Shown one piece after another: positions 37,244 through 46,893 of a stretch of DNA of 53,800 nucleotides. The notes under the pieces were generated by a model that saw nothing but the letters and a program-made list of their open reading frames with translations, had not been told where the DNA came from and did no database searches. Source of the stretch: an uncultured PS1 clade bacterium (lineage in GTDB: Bacteria; Pseudomonadota; Alphaproteobacteria; MED-G09); NCBI GenBank assembly GCA_902609025.1, contig CACLQD010000001.1:1-53800 (forward strand). Reading direction: 5' to 3'. The number at the start of each line of letters is the position of its first letter. Position 1 is the stretch's first letter. The translations under genes and the position numbers were made by a program.

Positions 37244-39856
37244 TTAAAAATCTTTATTTATTGTAATACCCCACATACTTGGCACAACAGGGTAACCTGC
37301 ATATGACCCTGGTGAACCAGGTACATTAAATCCAGTGTAGATATATTCATCATCATTAATATTTCTACCCCACACCATTACACCAAATCCTGAAGGTTCA
37401 TGCTTTAACCCAAAACTTGCATTTAAAGTACCTACTTCTCTTAATGCATTTGGTACTTCAATAGGTACTGCATCTGTAGCCTGATGCTCATCTTCGTAAA
37501 CATACTCACCTCGAATATAACCAGAAGTATTAGAGGTTAAATCAAAGGAATATGTAGCTGAAACAGTAATAGCAATTTCTGGAACACCTGAAGGAGTTCT
37601 TCCAGTGAAGTCTTTGACTCTAGCTGGTCCACCATTAACTATTGGGCAATCATCAGATACAGGCGGAACAAATGTTCTATCACATGGACCATTTTTGAAA
37701 TCCTCAAAACTAGCATCAATATAACTACCAGCAAAAGTAACAACTAAGTTTTCAGAGAGGAAAAATAATGAATCAATTTCAAAACCCCTATGAAGCTCTT
37801 CACCAATATTGACTAGATTAAATCCTGTTCCGATAAATAGATTTGATTGATAACCTTCAACAGACATATTAAATAAAGAAAGATTTACATATCCATTTGA
37901 GAAAGTCTTTTTAAGTCCAATTTCAAAATTTTCGGCCTCTTCAGGGTCTGCAAAATAAATACGTGAGTCCATTGGTAAGCCTGCATAAACAGTAGCGTTA
38001 GCACTTAAATTTGTTGAAATAGCTTTAAAGCCTGTAGAATGACTTACATACATGGATAAGCTATCATCAAATGCATGAATCAATTTTATAGAATGTGTTA
38101 CATCATCTGAGGTCCATTTTCCATCTTCATTCCCATTTGGATAATTGAAGAAAGGAGGAAAAAATTGGAAACCAGTTAATGCTGCAGTAGCTGGATTTAA
38201 AATGAAAGGGATTGCTGCAAATTCGTCATCAATTACAACATTTGAGACTACTTCCTTTGTATCTTCAGAATAACTAACTCCAAGAGAAATTGATGTTTGT
38301 GAAGTAATATCATAATCAATTTGAGCAAAAATACTGAATGCTTCATTATCCATATCAAAAAGCTCATTTTGAAGACCGCCATTAGTTTTATACCAAGTGC
38401 TTCTTGTGTTTGCAGCTAGTCCAGGAATTGTTGCGCCTATTGCACCATCCAATAAAGGATTACCGGTAGATCCGCCTGCAAGGACAGTTCCAATTTGAAC
38501 AGGACTGAGAGGCGGGAATGAGACTGGAGCTCCTAATACAGCACTTTGAACGGCTGAAGGTAAAGCTGAAATTTGAGCCAATGCAGATACAGCAACCTGA
38601 CCAGCTATTCCATTCAAGCTTGTTCCTACAGGTGATAAAATTAAATCAACGAATGGCCCAATTAGTTCTTTATAAAAAACAGTTCTATCATGCTTTACTG
38701 TCTCATCTTGATAAAAAGCTCCTACCATCCATTGTAGTGGTCCATCATTATTTGAAGTAAGTCTGAATTCTTGTGTAAATGTTTCAAACTCATCATAGAT
38801 ACCATTAGTTAATAAAGGCATTGAGCTGAAATCAACATCACCATTAACATCTTGTTCACTTTCACGATAAGCTGTAATTGAACTTAGATTTGCAAAACCT
38901 AGATCATAATCTACATGTAAAGAAATACCTTGATTCTCAATGGTACCTGCAGGATCAAAGTTAAGGTAGGTTTGATAACCAAATGTGTCTACAGGATTTA
39001 TTATTGTGGTTTTACCAGGAGCCAATAATGCATCTGCGCCAATTGTGACTGCACCATTTAATAAAGCAGCAGTGGTACAGCAAACTTCTTCAGCTTCATC
39101 TTTATCAACAATAATTCTTACAGTTAAGTTTTCACTTAATTCACTTAAAAGTTGTGCCCTTATTGCGTATCGATCTCTGTCATTGATTTCTGTTCCAAGT
39201 TCTAAATTTTTGGTATAGCCATCTCTTTTATGAGAAGATGCTGATAATCTAAATGAAGTATTTTCTGAAATTGGTCCAGTTACAGTTCCACCAATTTTAC
39301 TGAGACTATATTCGCCTGCAGTTATTTGAAATTTCCCACCAAAATCACTTTCTGGTAAAGCAGTGGTTATATTAATTACACCTGCTATTGCATTCTTACC
39401 AAACAAGGTTGATTGAGGTCCTTTTATAACTTCAACTCTTTCGACACTTATGAGATCATTGATTGCAGACTGATTTCTAGAAATCATTACACCATCAATT
39501 GAAATAGCAACTGATGGTTCAACACCAGGATTATTAGCACCATTACCAAATCCACGAATTTGGAATGTATTTTGAGCGGCAAATTGTGTCTGATTTATTT
39601 GTAAGGATGGAACAGAGCTTTGTAGATCAAGAATATCACTAATTGCTAGTCTTTCAATATCCTCCATCTGAATAACAGAAACTGACACCGGTGTTTCTTG
39701 AAGGGTTGTATTTTTCTTTGTTGATGTAACAACAATTTCTTCAATATCTAATGCAGGTGTGTTTTGTGCAGTAATAGTATTTGATGCTAATAAGATTATA
39801 AGTAACGTAGGTAGAATTATTTTTTTTGATAATAAATCGATTTTCCTAAAAAGCAT
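37244..39856 (-). CDS. TonB-dependent receptor (870 aa)
   Basis: Signal peptide, plug EEIVVTSTKK...VEVIKGPQSTLFGKNAIAGVINI, barrel, and C-terminal ...GITINKDF. Strong SD GAGGAGG upstream of the ATG. Confidence 0.9.
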   Translation of the reverse strand: MLFRKIDLLSKKIILPTLLIILLASNTITAQNTPALDIEEIVVTSTKKNTTLQETPVSVSVIQMEDIERLAISDILDLQSSVPSLQINQTQFAAQNTFQIRGFGNGANNPGVEPSVAISIDGVMISRNQSAINDLISVERVEVIKGPQSTLFGKNAIAGVINITTALPESDFGGKFQITAGEYSLSKIGGTVTGPISENTSFRLSASSHKRDGYTKNLELGTEINDRDRYAIRAQLLSELSENLTVRIIVDKDEAEEVCCTTAALLNGAVTIGADALLAPGKTTIINPVDTFGYQTYLNFDPAGTIENQGISLHVDYDLGFANLSSITAYRESEQDVNGDVDFSSMPLLTNGIYDEFETFTQEFRLTSNNDGPLQWMVGAFYQDETVKHDRTVFYKELIGPFVDLILSPVGTSLNGIAGQVAVSALAQISALPSAVQSAVLGAPVSFPPLSPVQIGTVLAGGSTGNPLLDGAIGATIPGLAANTRSTWYKTNGGLQNELFDMDNEAFSIFAQIDYDITSQTSISLGVSYSEDTKEVVSNVVIDDEFAAIPFILNPATAALTGFQFFPPFFNYPNGNEDGKWTSDDVTHSIKLIHAFDDSLSMYVSHSTGFKAISTNLSANATVYAGLPMDSRIYFADPEEAENFEIGLKKTFSNGYVNLSLFNMSVEGYQSNLFIGTGFNLVNIGEELHRGFEIDSLFFLSENLVVTFAGSYIDASFEDFKNGPCDRTFVPPVSDDCPIVNGGPARVKDFTGRTPSGVPEIAITVSATYSFDLTSNTSGYIRGEYVYEDEHQATDAVPIEVPNALREVGTLNASFGLKHEPSGFGVMVWGRNINDDEYIYTGFNVPGSPGSYAGYPVVPSMWGITINKDF

Positions 39857-40020
39857 TAAGCTTCCTCCTCAATGAATAAAAGATTTTTTATGATTTGTTA
39901 TTATTATTAGTTAAGAAATCTAAATTTTTATTAATTAAACCCTTATATATTCATAACTATTATTTACAAGAATTAATAAGTGTAATACTATTAATATTAT
40001 AAATAATAATAATTTATTAA

Positions 40021-40049
40021 TTGAATAATAGTCCTCATATTTTTATAAT
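40021..40049 (+). promoter_or_regulatory. Candidate sigma70-type promoter for the 968-aa TBDR gene
   Basis: TTGAAT (40021-40026), a 17-nt spacer, then TATAAT (40044-40049), about 65 nt upstream of ATG 40114. A second TATAAT sits at 40053-40058. The AT-rich background tempers confidence. Confidence 0.4.
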
Positions 40050-40113
40050 CACTATAATTTTTACATATCCAATAATAATAAAAAATGCGTAAATTTTGGG
40101 GAGGACAAAAATA

Positions 40114-43020
40114 ATGTATAAATACACTATAAGGATAGCTATGCTAGCTATTTTGACACCATTACTTTTCACTGGAACTGTCAAATCACAAACCTTAACA
40201 AATCAAATTGAAGAGATAATTGTGACCGCTCAAAAAACTGAGCAAAATCTTCAAGATGTTCCTATTGCTGTGTCAGCTTTTGATAGCGATGCAATTGCTT
40301 TAAAACAGCTTGATAATTTTATGGATGTTCAATTGGCAATGCCTAATGTTCATTTCGCAAGATCAAATTTCACAGGGGCTAATTTTGCTATCCGTGGTGT
40401 TCAAAACCTTCAAACAGGTGCCTCAGGTTCAGCCAAAGTTGCACTTCATGTCGATCAGATTCCTTTTGGTGGTTTAAGAATCGTCGAAGGAGAGTTTTTT
40501 GATATAGAGAGAATCGAAGTTCTTCGTGGTCCTCAAGGTACTTTATATGGCTCTACAGCTACAGGTGGTGTTGTTAATATTAACTTTAAACAACCTGTCA
40601 TGGGAGAGATTGAAGGATCAGGTGAGATTTCACTTGGTAATTATAATCACGAGGTGATGAAAGTAGCTCTTAATATCCCAATGGGGGATAATGTTGCTTT
40701 AAGATTTTCTGGAATGTCTCAAGCAAGAGATGGTTTTACAACAAACAATGTAACAGGTAACGATATTGATGGAAGAAATATGGATCAATTCCGTGCCATT
40801 CTAAAAGCTAACCTCTCTGAAGATACAAACATAACACTTACTGCATTTAGACTTGCTGAAAATAGTACAAGAGCGCGTGCAGGAAGAACAATGTGTCATG
40901 CAACTGAAACACCTAACTGGGGTTGTCATCCAAATAAGATTGGATATGACGGTGCTCCTCTTGGCGCTTCTGGTTTAAATGGTATTACACTTGCATTATC
41001 AGGTTTACTTGGTTTCTCACCACTTGATTACACAAAATCAAATAATGTAGTTGGTGAAAGAACAGTTAATATGTGGCGTGATCCTACTTACATTACTAAA
41101 GAAGAAGGTTTTTCATTAAAATTAGAAACAAAAATAAATGATGATTATTTAGTTGCTGTTAGAGCTGCTAAATATACTAACTATGTTATGTCTCAACAGG
41201 ATTATTCAAATTCAGGAACAGATACAAAATTAAGTCCATTTAACCCAGCATTCCCTGGTGGAGTTACACCATTATCAGATTTTACTCCTGATGCTGGAGG
41301 TATATTTGCCGGTGGTTATTATGGAGATGTTGATTTCCCTGCTGCTTACGATACTTCCTACTTAGATTCAGATGGTTATTACGCTGAAATCCAAATTGTA
41401 TCAGATCTAGATGGACCATTTAATTTCCAAGCAGGCGCTAATTATGGCGAAGGAGAAGCCCACACTATTTATGATGTATATTTTAATGGTGGTGATGTAG
41501 CTAGTTTGTTCCCAGCCCTGCAAGGTATTAGGTTATGGCCTGGACATTTTAGGAATGAAAGTAAACCAGCAAAAACAGAAACTATTGGTCTTTATGTTGA
41601 TGGAACTTATGAGATAAATGAAGATGTCAGTATTTCAGTTGGTGTAAGACATAATGATGTTACAAAAACTGTTCTTGATAGATCTTTGTTATTAAATTCA
41701 ATTATTCTAGCCGGTGGAACAGCTCCTGGAGTTCCAGTTTTTGCAACAGTTCAAACAAGCGATCCAAATCTATTAGGTATTCTTACAGGTCAAACTGGAC
41801 CAGCTCAAAATACATTAGCTGATTTTCCTGCTTTAGGTGAACAAAGAGCAACATACGGCCTACCTACTGAAATAAATGAAGAAGAAGTAACTGGACGAGT
41901 TGTAGTAAATTGGACGCCTGACCTTGAATTTACAGATAGTACATTAATTTATGGTTCTTATTCTAAGGGTTATGGTCCGGGAATGTTTAACCCAATTGTT
42001 AACCCTGCTCAATATCCTGGTGTTCCTACTGAATCTGAAGGAGAAATGATTGATGCATTTGAAATTGGAACAAAGAATATATTACTTGATGGTACTTTGT
42101 TAGCCAACCTATCTGCTTTCCATTACGAATATGATGGAATGCAAACAACAAAAATTACCAACCGTACAGCTGTTAATGTGAATTTAGATGCTGAGATGAC
42201 TGGTTTTGAAGTTGAGTTGCAATGGAAAGTTGCAGCGGTTCCTGGATTGACTGTCGAATTTAATGGATCAGTTCTTGATACTAAATATGCTAGCGGAACA
42301 ACCGATATTAATCCTACCAATAAGGGAAATAATGATCCTAGTTTATGGCAGCTTAGATGTATCGATAGTTGGGGAACTATGGCTTTCCCAAAAATGGGAT
42401 TACTTGCTGGTATAGGTGGAGGTATTCTTAATCTTGATCCTACTGCAGGTGCATTAGATATGATTGCAGCGCCAAAAACATTATCTGTTGATGGCTTTAC
42501 ATCAGCCGATCCTAGCGGGACTGTTAATCCATTAATTCAAATCGGAGGCATGGGAGCATTACCTACTATCGGTCATTGTGCTAATATTGATGGTAAGCTT
42601 ACAGCTGCAGGACTAATGGCTGAAGATGGTACACTTGGTATATCTAAACCGATCGATATCAGTGGTAATCCGTTACCTTATTCACCTGAGGTGTCATATT
42701 CTGTTGCACTTCAATATGATACACTTATCAACCCAGGTGTAGTTGCTACTGCAAGAATTGATTATTACTGGCAAGATAATATGTGGTCTCGTCCTTACAA
42801 AGGACCTAGAGATGGTATTGATGAATATGATAATATTAATGCAAGTATAACTTTTGCATCAGTTGAAAATGGCTGGTATGTAAGAATTTGGGGTCAAAAC
42901 CTTGCTGATGACTCTAATGTAATTGCACATTATCATACTGAAAATACATCAGGTATGTTTAGAAATGAATTCCTTATGGATCCGCAAACTGCTGGTATCA
43001 CACTTGGTCTTCAATTTTAA
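40114..43020 (+). CDS. TonB-dependent receptor (about 968 aa)
   Basis: ATG 40114 is preceded by GGGGAGG; the track start TTG 40096 is less likely. Signal peptide, plug EEIIVTAQKT...IEVLRGPQGTLYGSTATGGVVNI, and C-terminal ...GITLGLQF. Confidence 0.9.
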   Translation: MYKYTIRIAMLAILTPLLFTGTVKSQTLTNQIEEIIVTAQKTEQNLQDVPIAVSAFDSDAIALKQLDNFMDVQLAMPNVHFARSNFTGANFAIRGVQNLQTGASGSAKVALHVDQIPFGGLRIVEGEFFDIERIEVLRGPQGTLYGSTATGGVVNINFKQPVMGEIEGSGEISLGNYNHEVMKVALNIPMGDNVALRFSGMSQARDGFTTNNVTGNDIDGRNMDQFRAILKANLSEDTNITLTAFRLAENSTRARAGRTMCHATETPNWGCHPNKIGYDGAPLGASGLNGITLALSGLLGFSPLDYTKSNNVVGERTVNMWRDPTYITKEEGFSLKLETKINDDYLVAVRAAKYTNYVMSQQDYSNSGTDTKLSPFNPAFPGGVTPLSDFTPDAGGIFAGGYYGDVDFPAAYDTSYLDSDGYYAEIQIVSDLDGPFNFQAGANYGEGEAHTIYDVYFNGGDVASLFPALQGIRLWPGHFRNESKPAKTETIGLYVDGTYEINEDVSISVGVRHNDVTKTVLDRSLLLNSIILAGGTAPGVPVFATVQTSDPNLLGILTGQTGPAQNTLADFPALGEQRATYGLPTEINEEEVTGRVVVNWTPDLEFTDSTLIYGSYSKGYGPGMFNPIVNPAQYPGVPTESEGEMIDAFEIGTKNILLDGTLLANLSAFHYEYDGMQTTKITNRTAVNVNLDAEMTGFEVELQWKVAAVPGLTVEFNGSVLDTKYASGTTDINPTNKGNNDPSLWQLRCIDSWGTMAFPKMGLLAGIGGGILNLDPTAGALDMIAAPKTLSVDGFTSADPSGTVNPLIQIGGMGALPTIGHCANIDGKLTAAGLMAEDGTLGISKPIDISGNPLPYSPEVSYSVALQYDTLINPGVVATARIDYYWQDNMWSRPYKGPRDGIDEYDNINASITFASVENGWYVRIWGQNLADDSNVIAHYHTENTSGMFRNEFLMDPQTAGITLGLQF

Positions 43021-43043
43021 ATAATAATAAAAATACGAAAGAA

Positions 43044-43072
43044 AAGCGGCGGTTTTTAACTGCCGTTTTTTT
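43044..43072 (+). terminator. Intrinsic terminator downstream of the 968-aa TBDR gene
   Basis: AAAAG-CGGCGGTT-TTT-AACTGCCG followed by TTTTTTT. 8-bp stem with one G-U pair. The T-run reaches the stop codon of the convergent ABC ATPase gene. Confidence 0.8.
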
Positions 43073-44018
43073 ATTTCTTTTGTGTTATCGATAGAAAAAC
43101 AGTCTCTAGAGAAGCGCCTGTTACATCAAAATCAAAAGGCTTAACCCCAGCCTCTTCAACTTTCGCCAATATATCTCTTGAACTAGTAATTTTAGGATTA
43201 AAATTGATAATTAATTCATTATTTTTGTTAATAATTGCACCAAGTTCTAACAATATTGGATGATTAATATCATGAATATCTTTTACCTTAAGAGAAATAG
43301 TTTTAGAATCTGCATCTTCTAATAAATCCTTTTTTGAAGCAGATTTCACAATTTTTCCTTTATCTAAAATAGCAATTTTATCACAAAGCTCCTCTGCTTC
43401 TTCAAGGTAATGGGTTGTTAGGATGATAGTTGTTCCATTTTCATTAAGTTTCCGAACATAATCCCAAAGCTGAACTCTTAGCTCAATATCAACGCCAGCT
43501 GTAGGTTCATCAAGAATTAATATTGGCGGCCTGTGAACCATTGCTTTTGCTACTAATAACCTTCTACGCATACCACCTGATAAAGTTCTAGAATATGCCT
43601 CTGATTTATCCTCTAAATCTAGCATACGAAGAATATAATCTATATTTCTGTCCTTTGGTCTAACCCCATATAGTCCAGCTTGTTGCTCAAGAGATTCTTT
43701 TGGAGTAAAAAAAGGATCAATTGTTAATTCTTGAGGAACAACCCCTAAAGATGAACGAGAAGCCTTTGGATGCTTGTCTATATCATTACCCCAAACAACC
43801 GCCTCACCTGATGTCTTAATTGTTAGTCCAGCAAGGATATTAATAAAAGTAGATTTTCCAGCTCCATTTGGACCAAGTAAACCAAATATTGAGCCTCTCG
43901 GTATAGATAAAGAAATATCATCAAGAGCATAAAAAAAATCTTTTCCATCAGGATTCTTAAATTTTTTAGAAAGATTTTGTATGCTTATAGCATCATCTGG
44001 TAAATTATTTATCGACAT
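43071..44018 (-). CDS. ABC transporter ATP-binding protein (ABC-2 / YadG-like exporter ATPase)
   Basis: Walker A GPNGAGKST, signature LSGGMRRRL, Walker B ILILDEPTAG, and a roughly 90-aa C-terminal extension. There is no permease gene next to it. Confidence 0.8.
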   Translation of the reverse strand: MSINNLPDDAISIQNLSKKFKNPDGKDFFYALDDISLSIPRGSIFGLLGPNGAGKSTFINILAGLTIKTSGEAVVWGNDIDKHPKASRSSLGVVPQELTIDPFFTPKESLEQQAGLYGVRPKDRNIDYILRMLDLEDKSEAYSRTLSGGMRRRLLVAKAMVHRPPILILDEPTAGVDIELRVQLWDYVRKLNENGTTIILTTHYLEEAEELCDKIAILDKGKIVKSASKKDLLEDADSKTISLKVKDIHDINHPILLELGAIINKNNELIINFNPKITSSRDILAKVEEAGVKPFDFDVTGASLETVFLSITQKK

Positions 44019-44092
44019 ATTAAATTAAATATAAATTATATTCTCTTTTACCACATTAAAGTTAATGTCATAATAGTAATTAAAGAATACCA

Positions 44093-46891
44093 ATGAAAAA
44101 CCAAAAACAACACATATGTTTAGTAGATGGATCTACTTACATTTTTAGAGCGTATCATGCGCTTCCACCATTAACTAGAAAATCTGATGGATTCCCCGTT
44201 GGAGCAATATCTGGTTTTTGCAACATGCTTGATAAATTAGTAAGAGAAGAAAAAGAAGAAAAAGGTATTACTCATCTCCTTGTGGTATTTGATGCTTCGG
44301 GAAAAACATTTAGAAATGATATCTATCCAGAATACAAAGCTAATCGCTCAGAAGCTCCAGAGGATTTAATACCACAATTTCCAGTAATTAGAAAAGCAAC
44401 CTCTGCTTTCAATATACCTTTTGTTGAGCTAATTGGTTATGAAGCAGATGATTTGATAGCTAGTTATGCAGAAGAGGCAAAAAAACAAAATATGAAAGTT
44501 ACAATTGTATCATCTGATAAAGATTTAATGCAGTTAGTCTCTGATAATGTCTCTATGTTAGACACTATGAAAGGAAAAGTGTTCAAGAAAGAAGATGTTT
44601 TAGAAAAATTTGGAGTTTACCCAGAAAAAGTAATTGATGTTCAATCTTTAGCAGGAGACTCAGTAGATAACATTCCTGGTATTCCAGGAATAGGAGTTAA
44701 AACAGCTGCTTTATTGATTAATGAGTATGATAACTTGGAGGGTTTGTTTAAAAATTCTGAGAAGATTAAGCAAAAAAAGAGACGTGAAAATGTAATTGAA
44801 TTTGAAGATCAAGCTTATATCAGTAAGAAATTAGTTACTCTTAAAAATGATGTTCCACTTCCATTACCTATAGATGAAACTTTCTTAAAAGACATAGATG
44901 CTGAAAAACTAATCAGCTTCCTAAAAGAAATGGAATTTAAAACATTTACTGAAAAGAAATCTAAAGAATTAAATGTAGATTCTGAGAAAATAAAAGCTTC
45001 AGATCAAATTGAAAAATTTGAAAGAAAAATAACTGACAGCTCTAATAATATAGAAGAAATTAACTCTGAATTTGATATAGAAAAATATCAAATAGTACAG
45101 AGTCTAGATGAATTGAAGCAATGGAATCTAAAGGCAGAAAATATGGGGTATATAGCTTTTGATACAGAAACAAACTCTTTAGATGCCATCAAAGCTGATA
45201 TGGTTGGATTTTCTCTTTGCACATCAGAAAATGATGCTTGTTATGTGCCCTTATTGCATGATGAAGAAGAAAATAAACAAATAGATTTTGATGAAGCAAT
45301 AAAAACACTAAAACCAATATTAGAAGATAATGGAATAAAAAAAATTCTTCATAATATGAAATTCGATGCTCTAGTTTTAGATAAATATAACATAAAAATT
45401 CAGAATTATGATGATACCATGCTTATGTCATACTCTCTAGGATCAGGTGGAATAAGACACAAGCTTGATACTCTAATAGAATATTATTTTAACCACAAAG
45501 CAATATCATTTAAAGAGCTCGTAGGTAGTGGTAAAGATAAAAAAACTTTCCAAGAATTAAGTATTATAGAAGCTGGAAAATACGCTGCGGAAGATGCTGA
45601 CATGACTTTAAGATTATGGAAAAAATTAAAGTCTTCATTAGTTCATGATAAACAAGTCAAAATATATGAAATTATTGAAAAACCTTTAGCACATGTCATA
45701 ATGAATATGGAGAATCATGGAATTTCTATAGATAAAAATAAATTAAATGAATTATCAGAAGTTTTTGAAAAAAAACTAAATAGCTTAGAAAAAGACTGCT
45801 ACAAATTAATTGATGAAGAAATTAATCTTGGTTCACCAAAACAAATAGGTGAAATATTATTTGATAAACTTGAATTATCAGGTGGGAAAAAAACATCAAC
45901 TGGTTCATGGTCAACTAATGCAGAAGTATTAGAAAATTTAGCTAACGATGGTCATGATTTTCCAAAACTTTTACTTGAATGGAGAGCACTATCAAAACTC
46001 AAAACAACATATTCTGACTCTTTACCTACATATTTAAATCAAAAAACAAATAGAATTCACTCTTCTTTTTCAATGGCAACCACATCTACAGGACGATTAT
46101 CTTCATCAGATCCAAACCTACAAAATATTCCTATTAGAAGTGAAGATGGAAGAATGATAAGAAAAGCTTTTATTCCAGAAAAAGGAAATGTACTCATTAG
46201 CTCTGATTATAGTCAGATAGAACTAAGATTAATTGCTCATATTGCTAATGAAAGAAATCTTATGAATGCTTTTCTTGAAGGAATAGATATTCATTCAGCT
46301 ACAGCTTCCGAAGTATTTAATATATCATTAAATGATATGACACCTGAAATTAGAAGAAATGCAAAAGCAATTAATTTTGGGATAATTTATGGCATTTCAG
46401 CATTCGGTTTAGCAAAACAACTTAATATAAGTCGTACTGAATCTTCTGAATTTATCAAAGCTTACTTTAGTAAGTATCCTTCAATTAAAGATTATATGGA
46501 TGAAACAAAGAAATTTGCTAGTGAAAATGGTTTTGTAAAAACCTTATTGGGTAGAAAATGTCTTGTAGAGGATATAAATAGCAAGAATGCAGCAACTAGA
46601 TCATTCATGGAAAGAGCAGCAATTAATGCGCCTATACAAGGATCGGCTGCCGACATAATTAAAAGAGCAATGATTATTTTATATAATAATAAAAAATTAA
46701 AAGAATTAGATACAAAAATGCTTTTACAGGTTCATGATGAATTAATTTTCGAAACAAAAGAAGAAAACTGTGAAGAGTCTATGAAAATTATAAAAAAAGA
46801 GATGGAAAATGCTCATTTACCAATATTAGAACTGAACATTCCTCTTATTGCTGATACAAATTATGGAATAAACTGGGATGAAGCTCACTAA
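44093..46891 (+). CDS. polA: DNA polymerase I
   Basis: 932 aa with a 5' nuclease domain, 3'-5' exo motif AFDTETNSLD, and polymerase motifs SSDYSQIELRLIAH and QVHDELIFE. Confidence 0.95.
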   Translation: MKNQKQHICLVDGSTYIFRAYHALPPLTRKSDGFPVGAISGFCNMLDKLVREEKEEKGITHLLVVFDASGKTFRNDIYPEYKANRSEAPEDLIPQFPVIRKATSAFNIPFVELIGYEADDLIASYAEEAKKQNMKVTIVSSDKDLMQLVSDNVSMLDTMKGKVFKKEDVLEKFGVYPEKVIDVQSLAGDSVDNIPGIPGIGVKTAALLINEYDNLEGLFKNSEKIKQKKRRENVIEFEDQAYISKKLVTLKNDVPLPLPIDETFLKDIDAEKLISFLKEMEFKTFTEKKSKELNVDSEKIKASDQIEKFERKITDSSNNIEEINSEFDIEKYQIVQSLDELKQWNLKAENMGYIAFDTETNSLDAIKADMVGFSLCTSENDACYVPLLHDEEENKQIDFDEAIKTLKPILEDNGIKKILHNMKFDALVLDKYNIKIQNYDDTMLMSYSLGSGGIRHKLDTLIEYYFNHKAISFKELVGSGKDKKTFQELSIIEAGKYAAEDADMTLRLWKKLKSSLVHDKQVKIYEIIEKPLAHVIMNMENHGISIDKNKLNELSEVFEKKLNSLEKDCYKLIDEEINLGSPKQIGEILFDKLELSGGKKTSTGSWSTNAEVLENLANDGHDFPKLLLEWRALSKLKTTYSDSLPTYLNQKTNRIHSSFSMATTSTGRLSSSDPNLQNIPIRSEDGRMIRKAFIPEKGNVLISSDYSQIELRLIAHIANERNLMNAFLEGIDIHSATASEVFNISLNDMTPEIRRNAKAINFGIIYGISAFGLAKQLNISRTESSEFIKAYFSKYPSIKDYMDETKKFASENGFVKTLLGRKCLVEDINSKNAATRSFMERAAINAPIQGSAADIIKRAMIILYNNKKLKELDTKMLLQVHDELIFETKEENCEESMKIIKKEMENAHLPILELNIPLIADTNYGINWDEAH

Positions 46892-46893
46892 TT

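Noticed and set aside
38518-39218. Plus-strand ORFs (38518-38760, 38985-39218) inside the 870-aa TBDR gene, and similar internal ORFs elsewhere (3060-3339, 12698-12883, 14734-14958, 25466-25654, 31337-31561, 47109-47312, 47882-48127, 49396-49659, 50478-50759, 50950-51216, 53386-53604)
   Set aside because: All lie within well-supported longer genes, on the other strand or in another frame, and none carries a recognisable motif.
39857-40113. Fur-box or Irr ICE-box-like strings (for example AATAATAATAATTTATTAATTGAATAATAG and TTAAGAAATCTAAA) in the TBDR control region; also TTTAGAAATAAAACTAG at about 27955-27975
   Set aside because: The region is nearly pure AT, so partial matches to AT-rich consensus boxes are expected by chance. 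The ICE-like string lacks the correct half-site spacing. I cannot score these without a background-corrected matrix scan.
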